Assembly: GCA_964016885.1 (NCBI GenBank)
Contig: OZ024740.1
Span: 402,132,001-402,196,000 of the forward strand
Direction of reading: 5' to 3'
DNA: 64,000 bases
From: Eledone cirrhosa
Taxonomy: Eukaryota
Shown: piece by piece, positions 24,843 through 37,250 of the stretch
How the letters are laid out: each line of letters starts with the position of its first letter
Position numbering within the stretch: position 1 is the stretch's first letter
Translations under genes and position numbers: made by a program
The notes under the pieces: model-generated
Told to the model about the DNA's origin: nothing
The model's input: only the letters and a program-made list of their open reading frames with translations
Databases searched by the model: none

Positions 24843-25450
24843 ATGTCAGGTCACCAGTTGGTGCTACTGGTAACATGTATCCCAGTACTACCTGTCTCAT
24901 GGTCGGGTCGTTGGCGACTAAACTGGCAACCCCACCAAGGTTTATTGGTGAGGAGGGTGACTGCACATCCTGCAGGAATAAAAACAAAACCTGTCAAAGG
25001 GCAATGGAGCTCTAAAGAGCCAATGGCCATCCAAAATCACCGGGAGAGATGACTCTTTAGCCTTTGTCAAGGCAGAATTCTAGAAGGAAAACTCTGATAT
25101 AACACCTGCAACCCTGATGATTTCCAATGATGTTGACTTGTTCTTCTTTTTGGTAAATATCATCTTGGTTAAGAGAGTGGGACTGGCTTTGTGCAGTGCC
25201 TTTGCTCACTATAAAAGCTTCACGGCACAGGCATTGCTTTATATCTGGAAATCTCTCTGCAATTGTCGTCACATGGTACCATGGGCCCAGCACTATGTGT
25301 CAATAATTGTCACAAGTGTAGTGTTTGTACCAGAGTTTTCAAGTCGCTGGCTGGACTAAAAATTCACACTCGTTCAGCGTATCAGTAGGGGTTCTCCTAC
25401 GTGGATATAAAGTAGTGGCCCTACTCGAAAACGAGTTGGCAGCCACCATG
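24843..25450 (+). mobile_element. Internally deleted RTE-type element (putative 5' UTR fused to 3' end)
   Basis: 5' part ggtcgggtcgttggcgactaaactggcaacccc; 3' part ~25075-25450 matches 56750-57124 and ends in (tgta)n. Confidence 0.65.
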
Positions 25451-26429
25451 TGTGTATGTATGTATGAATGTATGCGTGTATGTATGTATTCATGCATTTA
25501 TGTATGTATATATCCTGTTTTACTTGGTAAACGCGCACCCATATACTCGCAAATGTCCGTAAAGATATATTTCTATTCCTATGTTAATACCTATATATAT
25601 AAAGTACTTAGAGCATGTATGAAAGATAAGAAGATAAACAGGCGATTGTAGATTTCAAAGCATATAGGTATAAATAGAAGAAGGGATAGATATAAATACA
25701 TAAATATACATAACTAATTACAAGGAGACACATACCAAGAAATACACACTTATATATATATATATATATATAGTAATAATATTAAATGTGAAGACTAAAA
25801 TACGAAGAGGGCTCGTTAAGGATATTGCATGTATACATATATATAAAACCGTAGAGCAAATATTTATTAAAATAACATTAAAGTTTAACCATAGAACATA
25901 TATATATATATATATAAAATAGTGGGGGGGGGGGGCGTGTGTGTGTGTGTGTATGTGTGTGTTTGTGTGTGTGTGTGTGTTGATTCTACTTCATACAAGA
26001 TGTATCATTATATATGCCCTTTTAGGTAATTTTAACAGATATTTTATACAAAACCATATAAAAATAAGTCGCATTTATATTTTATCTTTCTGAAAATACT
26101 CTTTAATTAACAACCTTTTGTACTTAAATATCTGCAATAATTAATTGATATTGTTAGCAAAAAACACTTATTTATTTGTAATTGGCATTGAAATATAATT
26201 TGAATTAATTTACAATTAATTTAAATATATTATTTTAGTAATTATACATAAACATTATTCCATTTATTAAACATACATAAAGATATACTTTGCCCTATTC
26301 ATATGTGTTTTACTTATGTACGTAATAATATATGGAACAAATTTGTATGCATAATGTCTTGTTTTGTTTTTCTCTGGATAAAAACGAGCTTATTTATAAG
26401 TGATTTATTAAAGGCAGTAAACAATAGAA

Positions 26430-26913
26430 ATAGCTCAAGGATTAATGAGAATAATATAGGGATCCCCAATAACTATCTTACGTATGGCTGTAATTTCACA
26501 AATAGAAGCATTTGCCCCATACATGGAAATTGTTTGATTAATAATCTAATATATAAATGCTCTGTGTCTACTACAGACTCCAACAAAACATATATAGGAT
26601 CTACAGCAAACACATTTAAGAAAAGATTTTACGCACACTCTAGTAGTTTCAACAATACTAAACTAGCTAAAACCACAGCTTTAACTGAAGCGGTAAATAA
26701 TTATAAAAAGAAAAAATAGATTTCAAGTTATCGTGGAAAACCATTCTACAAAGAACTCCATATCTTGGGAACAGGAGGGAATGCAGATTATGTTCAGGGG
26801 AGATCTTGAAAATTACTAAATCTAAGGACGATTTATTAAATAAAAGACAAGATTTGATCATAGTTTGTAATCACCGTATAAGAAAAACATTTAAATACTA
26901 TAAACCTAATTAA
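26430..26913 (+). pseudogene. Penelope-like element GIY-YIG endonuclease relic, Naiad-like
   Basis: C-x-[F]-x5-C-x5-C linker, LIYKC...TYIGST...FKKRFYAH; after a frameshift in the A-run near 26710: SWKTI...PY...CRLC..E...LLNKR....CNH, stop at 26911-26913. Confidence 0.85.
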
Positions 26914-27137
26914 ATATTCTAAAAAGCAACTCACTATAATTCCATATAGAGTAACATTTATTACTACCTCTTTCCCATAATTATATGCATTCATGCTTAT
27001 CTTTTACCTTTTAATGTTTTAGCTTCCTTAGATTTATGCGTTAATGACTAAAGGCAACAAGATACACAACCACCCCTAATTGCATGAGTAAATATATATC
27101 TATGTATGATATGGAAATATATTTATGTGTGTGTATG

Positions 27138-27193
<56 letters not shown>

Positions 27194-27752
27194 AATACAA
27201 TAACAGAGATAGTTTAAAGATAAACTCTGACTGGTAACCATCTCACTCAACAAACATTAAGTTATATTTAAATATAAACCCAATTTAAGTGTTTGGGGTG
27301 CTAACAATATGTATAATGTGGAAAAACCAGTTGTATTATATATAATCAAAGTTAAAGTATATCTCTCTTTCCAAACAATTGTTTCATTATAAGTTTTCTA
27401 CAAGTTGCGAGAATATTTCCAGTTTATGTAGAAGCCTAATATATATTCATGTAAGAATATATTTAGGTGGGCGTTTATAAATCATCAGTGGAAGCCCATT
27501 AAACTTTGATATAAGAAATAATTTCTTACCGCAGTCAAAAATCGTGTCTGTTAAGTTGCTCCTTCTCGCATCGAATGACCGCCAAATTTGAAATTTCAGC
27601 AGTTTTTGACTGAGGAAGTATCATAGCGACACGAAGCGGGAAGGGGAGACAACTACAATCAACGAAAGGAGGAAAAAAATAATATACACGCGGGTAAATA
27701 TATATATATATATGCTTGTATATGTGTGTATGTGTGTATGTGTATTTATTTA

Positions 27753-27899
<147 letters not shown>

Positions 27900-28039
27900 T
27901 TGTATGTGTTTATGTGTGAGTATAGGTGTATGAGTGTTTATGTGTGAGTATGTGCACATGTATGAGGAGTGTACATATACTCACACATGTGTATATATAT
28001 AAATGTGTATGTGTGTGTGTATGTATATATATGTATATG

Positions 28040-28104
<65 letters not shown>

Positions 28105-29103
28105 GTGTGTATATATATGTATACGTGTGTGTGTGTATATATATATGTATGTTGTGTATGAGTGTGTGTGTATATATATATATGCATATATGTGTATGCG
28201 TGGATATATATGTGTATGGATATGTATGTATATGATTATATGCATGCGTGTATATGTGTATTTAGTTTTGCATCTATTTGTGCGTATGTATGTTTTTGGT
28301 TGGATATCAATATAACTGTTCCTCTCTCTATATATAATGTGGATATATGCACTTTGTAATCTATGAAATGTATGTGTTTTAACTATGCCAACATGTATTT
28401 ATCTGAGTTTGTTTATTTATGCATAAACATACTTGATAGTATTTTAGAGTGTATCATATGCTATATTATACTAAATGGAATTTACCACACAGTACTATAT
28501 TGTGTTGGTTAGGTTGTATATTATCGCATTACTGTATTTCATTATCCTATTATAATTTTCATCTTTTAATATACTATCTTTCCTAGCCATAACCTTAATT
28601 TATATTCACCTTAAAACTCAATACAACACTAATCACCATTTATTTTTACATCCCCTTTAAATTCACTATACCAGATACATTCAACTATCGGTTTGACAAT
28701 CCCTTTCCTCCTAATAGATTTGTATGCCAAATCTACTATTAACACCTTTCAACCATTCCTTTCAAAGGGTCATGACCTCAACTAAAGTGTATTACTTTTG
28801 ATCTTAACACCATATGAAAAAAACAATTTGATTCGTTAGTTCTTCAACATCCTCCAAATAAGGACATGATACTAACATACTACTAATTCTGAATAAAATC
28901 AATATTGAATAAAATTATTATTGCTTTTGAAAACAGCTGGTGATATACATGTAAGTAAATATTCTCTTTATCTCATAGTTTGTAAATAACCTTACATAGA
29001 TCAATTACTGAGTATAGCTACAATGTATTATCATCATCTAGAAAGGATCGTAAAACAGTGAAGTATATCTCTAATGACTTGATTTTTTATGTCATTGTTT
29101 TAA

Positions 29104-29251
<148 letters not shown>

Positions 29252-29576
29252 TGTATGAGTATATATCAGTTGAGACTTTACGAAATCAATTTTATTCACG
29301 TTGGGCATAGTTGTTTTAGAGAATTTAATAACATAATGTAAAATTTGAGTATCACATTCGGTAGAGTTTTATATATATATTCAGTCTAATGTCTATCTTA
29401 GAAGGTTCTGTGACACAGCATCTGTAGTAAAACGCCACCGGGCAAAAGCGAATGTGTGTGTGTTAGTGTGTTTATATATGTACATATATATATATATTTA
29501 TGTATATATACACACGCACACATATACACACACATATATCTAAAGGCATGTGTATGTATGCATAGAAATACATCTA

Positions 29577-29631
<55 letters not shown>

Positions 29632-30379
29632 TTATATATATATACATATATATACATGTGTGTGTGTATGAGTGTGTGCATATATATGTAGGTATATGTG
29701 TATGGTTTACGTAATATATATATCCATATATCCTATGTGTGTATGCATATGTACATTTATATATATACATGTGTTTGTGTGTATGTATGTGTGTATGTAT
29801 ATTGATGTGATTCATACTTAATGATGGTTTGTTGATGGATTTAGATGATTGCATAGTTATTACCTGACGAGTATTTACTTGTCTGCTCAGATTACTTGAA
29901 AATGTCAGCCAATTTATCTTAAAATAAGATATAGGACCTATTTCATTGGTAGTTATATCTTTCAACTGACGAAAGAATTATTTTACTACGTGAGTGCTTT
30001 CCAAAACTATTTTCAGCAATTTTTATCCCTTTGAGAATTTCGAAGGTAATGGGTATTATTTCTAAATGGCTTAGTCAGAGAAGAAAAAACAGCGCCCATG
30101 TCATTCTTCCAGGATATTTAACTGAGGAAAGAGAAGATGATATGCTCAGACTACAGATCTGGCTCGAAACGTTACAAACATAGTCTTCTCCGCTTAACTC
30201 AGCTAAAGGACAAGTTCATCCGTGTGAACACATTCTAAATACATGTATGAATATTTCCACAATTTGATTGATAATGACTTCTTCGTAAAGTGTCAACACT
30301 AGAGTGTTCATAGTACTTTCTACTGATATTTATTGTGCCATTAGGTCAATCATTCAAAATTGTGATTAAGAGTATTGAC

Positions 30380-30586
30380 CAGGTATGTCAAACTGAGGGT
30401 ACCCGAGAGCCACATGGGTCACATATGTGTTGTATGAGGCGCACACATGACAACTAATTGCACACATTATAACTAATATTTTGAAAATTTTATATTGCGC
30501 TCGCGCTGTAAAAACCTTTGTGCAGGCCGCATGTGTGCTTGTAAATGGCCGCTTGTGGCGCGCAGGTCACATGTTTGACATTTCTG
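30380..30586. mobile_element. hAT (Charlie-type) MITE
   Basis: TIRs caggtatgtcaaac / gtttgacatttctg; 8-bp TSD gtattgac (30372-30379) / gtatagac (30587-30594); subterminal ggccgc repeats. Confidence 0.85.
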
Positions 30587-30713
30587 GTATAGACAACCAT
30601 CTCCCAAATCAATGTTTCGAATCTTATTTTTATCTCTATCGTTCTTTTTATCCTGTTTTGTCTTATCTAGAATCCTATGTGCATATGTTGCCTTAAGTCA
30701 CTGAATGTATTGC

Positions 30714-30757
<44 letters not shown>

Positions 30758-31772
30758 ATCAACAGACAGTATTGTACGTATCTAGATTGTTATGTGTTTG
30801 TTATGCCTAAACCATTCCAAATCTACTTGTTATTATTTTAATTGTTTCTGTTGATTCTTCCCAAATCAGGGACATTTATGATCAACTAAATGCCAAAGCA
30901 CATTACCTTTTATTCGAGTTAAAATATATTTCAATTCGACGTAGCCATGGTCGATATATCGATAAAGATCGTTGAAAACAATTATATCACTAGTTAAATC
31001 CGCATACCATCCTTCGACCAATGAATAAATTCGATCAATAAAAAATAAACGTATAATGACTAGAAAAGACATGAACATTCATAACATTTTTTTTTTCTTT
31101 CTGAGAGAACCACAAATAAACCCCGGGGGGGAGGACAAAATCATTGATATTTCGTTGCTGAAAGTGGTCACGGGGAAGAATCTTTAAGCGACGGTTTACA
31201 TGAGATGTAGCATCTAGTTATGTAAGTTTATGAACCTGGTTCAAATACCACCCAGATTGATTTTGTTTTTACTACCACACAAAATGTTTACTTTTTGCTT
31301 ATATTAGAAATCTTTAGTATTCTATATTTGATAAGAAACATTCTTCGCATTAATTTCAAATATCTTTAAACATTTTCTCATCAACATTTTTCTCCCTTAT
31401 CTTTATGAGTCACATTATAGAAATATGCTTTCTTTGAAAATTTAGCAATAAATAATAGCTAATATTGTGTATTTTACATAATTTTCACTCAGAAAATATT
31501 TCTGATAAACAACAATGTTAACAACAACTACAACAGCAAAACAACAACACCAAATGTCAAATGATTTTTATCAAGTTTTTTTCTATATAATTAATTTTAG
31601 GCCGAAGTCATATCTCTACATGGAAAGAAACAAGAGAGGTCTATGTTTAACATATCTATAAGTACATATCTCTTGCCTGACTCTTATGCAACAAGAAAAA
31701 ACTTACAAAGCCAAAATAAAACAAAAATCTAAATCAAATACACTTTACCCACCTCTCTCTCTCTCTCTCTAC

Positions 31773-31820
<48 letters not shown>

Positions 31821-32669
31821 ACGTCTCTCTCTCTCTATGTATGTCTCTCTCTCTCACACTCTCTCTCTCTCTTTATCCCGCTCCCTCTCTTGTATACACA
31901 CCCACATGAGCGCGCGCACACACACACACTTGTATATATATATATATATATAATAGGGAGAGAACGAGAGGGATAGTGTGTGTGTGTTTGTGTCTGTGTG
32001 TGAGAGAGAACGAGACAGAGAGCGTGTGAGAGAGAGTGAGTGCGAGAGAGAGTTAGGGAGAAACAGACAAGTACTTTTACGAAAATAGATACGTAAACGA
32101 TAATGAAGTTAAAAATATATGGTAAATGATGGCAAGTGCTATTCAATTCGATAAAATAATTTTAAAAGCCAGGAATAGCTTCTTAGAGAGAACACGTTTT
32201 AAACTAAAGGAAAAGCAGCTAGAAATCAAGTATAGATATAATAAACAATAATAATAATGAGAAAACGTGAACTAAAAGCACAGGTTCCTGTTACATAATA
32301 TTTCTAATATATAAAAATATATGCAAATTCGCATAAAGTAATTAATATTATATACATACATCCGAAATACCGTTTCAAAACCACTATACATACATATATA
32401 TAAACGGAAAAAATGAAACGAAATTTCATTTCTCACTCTTAGTACGGCTGTTACTTAAATATAAGTATGTATACGTACATACATATATGTATACAGACGT
32501 ACAGTAGTATGTATATATATATACATACATGCACACATATATATATGTACGTATGGATTCACCGAACATTTATTATAATGCTCGGTGTGTTTGTAAACAA
32601 ACATCCCGAATTAAGCCGTACAGTGTCTAGCAACCATCGTTGCTCATTTGTTCAACACTGACAAAGGAA

Positions 32670-32710
32670 CGGTGTACTAGTTTCAAGCTTATTAGCTATC
32701 GTCAGCAACG
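32670..32710 (-). ncRNA. Minimal type-I hammerhead ribozyme (left-arm copy)
   Basis: Minus strand CGUUG-CUGACGA-U-AGCU-aaua-AGCU-U-GAAAC-UA-GUA^-CACCG (one stem I mismatch). Confidence 0.8.
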
Positions 32711-33024
32711 TATACCTTCCTGTCAGATGATTGAACGTCTGAAAGTATATACTTTCCTTATGCATATTAACGGCTGAGCAGCCTAATTTCCATATCGAGT
32801 GAGTTAATCTGTATACATATATGTATGTACGTATACATACTTATATTTAAGTAACAGCCGTACTAAGAGTGAGAAATGATATTTCGTTTCATTTTTTCCG
32901 TTTATCGTTTTCGGTGCACCCGGCCGATTAACTCACTCGACATGAAAATTAGGCTGCTCAGCCGTTAATATGCATAAGGAAAGTATATACTTTCAGACGT
33001 TCAATCATCTGACAGGAAGGTATA

Positions 33025-33065
33025 CGTTGCTGACGATAGCTAATAAGCTTGAAACTAGTACAGCG
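33025..33065 (+). ncRNA. Minimal type-I hammerhead ribozyme (right-arm copy)
   Basis: CGUUG-CUGACGA-U-AGCU-aaua-AGCU-U-GAAAC-UA-GUA^-CAGCG; palindromic stem III ACUAGU. Confidence 0.88.
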
Positions 33066-33258
33066 TTCCTTTGTCAGTGTTGAACAAATGAGCAACGATG
33101 GTTGCTAGACACTGTACAGCTTAATTCGGGATATTTGTTTAGAAACATACCGAGCATTATAATAAATGTTCGGTGAATCCACACGTACGTATATATATAT
33201 GTGTGCATGCATGTATATATACATACTATTGTACGTCTGTATACATAAATGTATGTAC

Positions 33259-33290
<32 letters not shown>

Positions 33291-33291
<1 letters not shown>

Positions 33292-33420
33292 TTTATCCTG
33301 GGTTCAATCGGGGGTAACCACACTAAGTAAGATACTCAATACATAGCAGAGTATTTATTCCTGATGATTTCTCCCGACTGAACCAGTTCTAGTCCTGTAG
33401 AAGCTAATTCTATATTATAT
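33291..33420. mobile_element. Small (TA)n-inserted element, family shared with 33825-34020 and 62220-62262; partial hammerhead core
   Basis: gggttcaat...actcaat..cat..agcagagt shared; cctgatgatttc...cagttctagtc. Confidence 0.6.
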
Positions 33421-33424
33421 ATAT

Positions 33425-33815
33425 ATATATTGTTATACTTGGGGGGGGGGGGGGGGTCATATTGTTGTAATAATATTGCCAGAATTAATAACAGAACACA
33501 CTCACAGTTTGGTTGATTTTCACTTCTGTATCTTCTATATCAGTTAATTCATTCGGTCCTCAATGTTTACCATTGAGTGACCAACGGTCAAAAATACAGA
33601 TATAATATAGATATAAACAAATATATATAGTCTAACAAAGTTCTTTCGTTGCACATCTGCATGATACAAAGGATACAGAAGTGAAAACCAACCAAACAGT
33701 GAGTGTGTTCTGTTATTAATTCTGGCAATATTATTACAATATGACCCTCCCCAAGTATAACAATATTTGTTTCGACACACGATTTCATATCAAAAACCTC
33801 GCAAAACAAATACAT
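33425..33815. mobile_element. Fold-back element with ~100-bp arms in (TA)n
   Basis: 33430-33533 inverted with 33672-33766; related to 19368 and 63208. Confidence 0.85.
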
Positions 33816-33824
33816 ATATATATA

Positions 33825-34020
33825 AATCCCGGGTTCAATGTGTGGTAAACACAGTAAGTAATTACTCAATGCATTAGTAGAGTGTATATACAAATCGTAA
33901 TATAGAAATTGCTTCAACTGAACTAGAACAGTTTCATTGGAAGGAAATCACCAGGAAATCTTTCATTCGAATGAAACAGTTCTAGTCCTGTAGAAGCCAT
34001 TTCTATATTAGATTTGTTAT
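33825..34020. mobile_element. Fold-back element, same family as 33291-33420
   Basis: acaaatcgtaatatagaaattgcttc...actagaacagtttcatt inverted with aatgaaacagttctagt...gaagccatttctatattagatttgt. Confidence 0.7.
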
Positions 34021-34605
34021 ATATATATGTGTGTGTGTGTGGTGTGCGTGTGTGTGTGTGTGTGTGTGTCTACACATTAGTGTTAATGAACACGAGCAAA
34101 CTTATTCGAATTATTTCTTCTTTACTCTTGATTTTTTAATAACGTAAAAGTGCATTTTATTGTCACATCAATTTCACTTAGTAGGGTGGTCTGGATGTGT
34201 TTTCTAAAAATTAATATCTATGATGAAACTCAATAACTTGTAGGGCGAAAATTCTATGCAACTAGGACGAGTCGTATTCTTTCTTTTCCTCTATTTTTGT
34301 TACGAATAGGAAAGAGATAACTTGATAAACAATGGAAAAAGGCTTCCTAGTAAAACGGTTTATTATTATCTAAAACATTGTTTGAAAGCCATCTTTCAAT
34401 TGAAGAAAATTCGTTCAGAGAGAGACATAAAAAGAATGAGAGCGATCGTTCTGAGGAAGAGAGTATTATTACTTTTAGAAAGAACACAATACATCATAAT
34501 TCCAGAAGCATCAGGTTTCACACATTGAGGAATGCTTAGAAAAATAGGCAAGAGAAAATCATTAACTGTTTCATTTTTAAGCAGATATTATTAAGATATA
34601 ATTTA

Positions 34606-34790
34606 GGGCGGTGAATTGGCAGTATCGGTAGAAGGTCGGATATGCTTTCTAGCAGAGTTATGTCCCTTTATGATTTGTTTTCAAATCACGCTGAGGTTAA
34701 CTTTGCCTTTCATCCATACGGGGTCGATAAAATAAAGTACCAGTAATGTAGTGGGTAATTGCTGGCCGTGTGCCAAAAGTAAAAACAATT
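34606..34790 (+). mobile_element. Full-length tRNA-derived SINE
   Basis: gggcggtgaattggcagtatcggtag head, body, gtgccaaaagtaaaaacaat tail. Confidence 0.85.
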
Positions 34791-35714
34791 ATTTTACAAA
34801 AGAAAAATAAGATTTGGTAAGATTTAAATTAGTTACGACAGGTCGTAATTAGCACTTAAACATCCCTAGTAATGGTTGTAGATGACTAGTATTGCTACGC
34901 ATCGGGTGTTAAAAGATTTAGGGTCAGTTTCTTTAGAGAATTAATTTCTATTCCGTATCATAAGTAAGAAATATTTAACAAAGAAGGCATCCGTTATTGT
35001 TCAAACGAGCGTTGAGTTTTAGGAACTGAAATAATTTGAGCCAAGATTATATCGTGCTCCTTAATAGTTTTACTAACTACCCTACCATCGTCGTAATAGG
35101 TGAGAACTGCTTTAATTGTTTTGTTGGCAATTATACTAGATACCACTGATAGGAAAGTGCTGATGGCATTTGTTCCAATAAAGGTTAACTTCGTTAACTG
35201 GGATAAGTGTCCATCATCTTGAGATACAGTGTAGCAATTATTGTGATTGTGAAGTGGCATCTGATGATATGCTTGTTTTCAGAACTATTTTGATGTAAAA
35301 ATTATTATAGAAAATACAAGGCACAAAATCCTCAACTTTAGAAAGTAGATACACATTTCGGTAGCAGTAGACGTTATTTATAAATAGTCAGTAACAAGGT
35401 GTTGTTTCACACTGTTTCTAACTACTACCACTAGTAAACTTCGTTGATCACTGAGGACTCAATAATATTATCATCACGTATTATGGAAGGCTCCAAAATA
35501 TTGTGACATAAGATCCAAAGTCAAATTTGTTGCCATTTTCGTGGATGCAGTTAGAATTTTAAAAACTTTATTCTGCTTTTAAATGAAGGATATAGATTTA
35601 TATAACTATTCATATAATAACAATTTATATAATAACAAGGGTATTATTTCAATATTGCAGTCAATTCTTATTATTATTATCGTCCTTCTCCTTTTTCTCT
35701 TTTTTCTTCTTCGT

Positions 35715-36115
35715 TGCCTACTCATTCCAGTGAGGGTCGTGGCAGCACAGAACTCAGACACACCATCTAAGGGTTTCTATGAAACACAACCGTATCAAAA
35801 TGATCCGACTAGATTACCAACTAAGACTGATTGAGCTTATGGGTGTTATTAATCCAAACATCTTATTCGTGGACTACCTTTCATCTTCCTAACGGATATG
35901 TGATCAATCGATACGGAATAGTAGAGGTTCTGTCTGGAGTGACATTCCCGTCTCTAGAGAACGTGGTGTGATACGTTCACTAAATATTAGGATTAGCTGA
36001 GAAATTAATGGATTCCTCTCAGACGTATAAGCAACCCGATGAATTCCTCTCAGATATATAAGCAGCACGGACCAAATAGCGGTAAGCTGCTACGGGGAAT
36101 GGTCTATGTGTGGCA
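35715..36115 (-). mobile_element. Old LINE (probably RTE) 3' fragment
   Basis: GC-richer segment ending next to a (ttc)/(tta) tail; weak resemblance to RTE 3' ends only. Confidence 0.35.
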
Positions 36116-36184
36116 CTGTTAATTCTTATGAAAACTATCACAAAGAAGTGATTTCTAATTTTACTAACTTCTATTCACGAATAA

Positions 36185-36790
36185 AAATGTTCTCTGATTT
36201 AGGCACATTGCCAACAATCATGAGACAGTGAAAAACTCAATTAAATCGACCCAGTGCGTTACCGGTACTTTATTTTATTAAATTCGTAAGGATGAAAGGC
36301 AAATGTTACCTCGGTGGGATTTGAAATCAGTACGTAAAATGCTGTAACTCTATGCCACGAAGCATGATGACCGATGCTCTAACAATTCTGCCCATCTATC
36401 ACATTCTAGTTACTATTAAGAATGGATTTTGATTTAGGCATGCCAACAATTTGGGTGGGTAGTCGAGTAAATCGACCCCACTGCGTTACCGGTACAATAT
36501 CTTCACGTAAGGCTGAAAGACAAAGCTAACCTCAGTGGGATTTGAAACCAGAATGGAAAAGGCCGTAACTCGATGTCGCAAAGAATTTTATGCAATGCTC
36601 TATCTCATTCTATCTACCTCATTCTACTAACTATTAATAATGGTTTCTAAATTAGGTACAAATCCAACTATTTGGGGGGAGGAACAGTCTATTAAATCGA
36701 TACCGATGCGTTAGAAGTACTTTATTTTATCAACCCCGTAAGGAGGAAAGGGGAAGATAACCTCGGCGGGATTTGAACTCAGAACTCAGA
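36185..36790 (-). mobile_element. Three tandem diverged SINE copies
   Basis: Repeated gtaaggatgaaaggcaaa...cctcgg.gggatttgaa at ~36285, ~36507, ~36738. Confidence 0.8.
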
Positions 36791-37054
36791 ATATATAATA
36801 TACGTTTGTGTGATTCTACAAGGTGGTCCGAAAATGTTGTCACCACCTACCAAAGAGTAATGAGAAACAGTTTATGTTCCCATCGCAGTATTGTCCTCTT
36901 CGGGGGAGCTGGTTTGCCGAATTTTGCAGTGTAGTCTTATCGCACATCCTCCATGCTCTTGCCAGAATGCAGTCAGCCTCTCTTCCAAATCGTAGGAGCT
37001 CTGAAATAGAAAATTATATTATTATAATTATATATAATAATAATAATATAATTT

Positions 37055-37250
37055 TGGCGGTGGATTGGCAGTATCGGTAGAGGGTCAGACGCCATGCTTT
37101 GACGCATAATAGAGTTACGGCCCTTTCCATTCTGAGTTCAAATCCCGCCAAGGTTAACTTTGCCTTTCATCCTTACGGAGTCGATAAAATAAAGTACCAG
37201 TAATGCACTGGATAATTGCTGGCCTTGTGCCAAAGGTAGAAACAATTATT
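37055..37250 (+). mobile_element. Full-length tRNA-derived SINE with Pol III A and B boxes
   Basis: A box tggcagtatcggtag; B box gagttcaaatccc; body and (tta/taa) tail. Confidence 0.9.

Larger units (their letters stand above)
32402..33265. mobile_element. Inverted, circularly permuted dimer of a ~430-bp hammerhead-containing non-coding element (retrozyme-like)
   Basis: Left arm 32402-32808 antisense; right arm 32809-33265 sense with terminal redundancy ctgtatacatWWatgtatgtacgtata at ~32809 and ~33237. Confidence 0.88.

Noticed and set aside
26430-26913. Selenocysteine recoding as reported for some Naiad elements
   Set aside because: No in-frame TGA at Cys positions in this fragment; no SECIS recognised.
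37055-37150. tRNA gene
   Set aside because: The A/B boxes belong to the SINE head; no cloverleaf.
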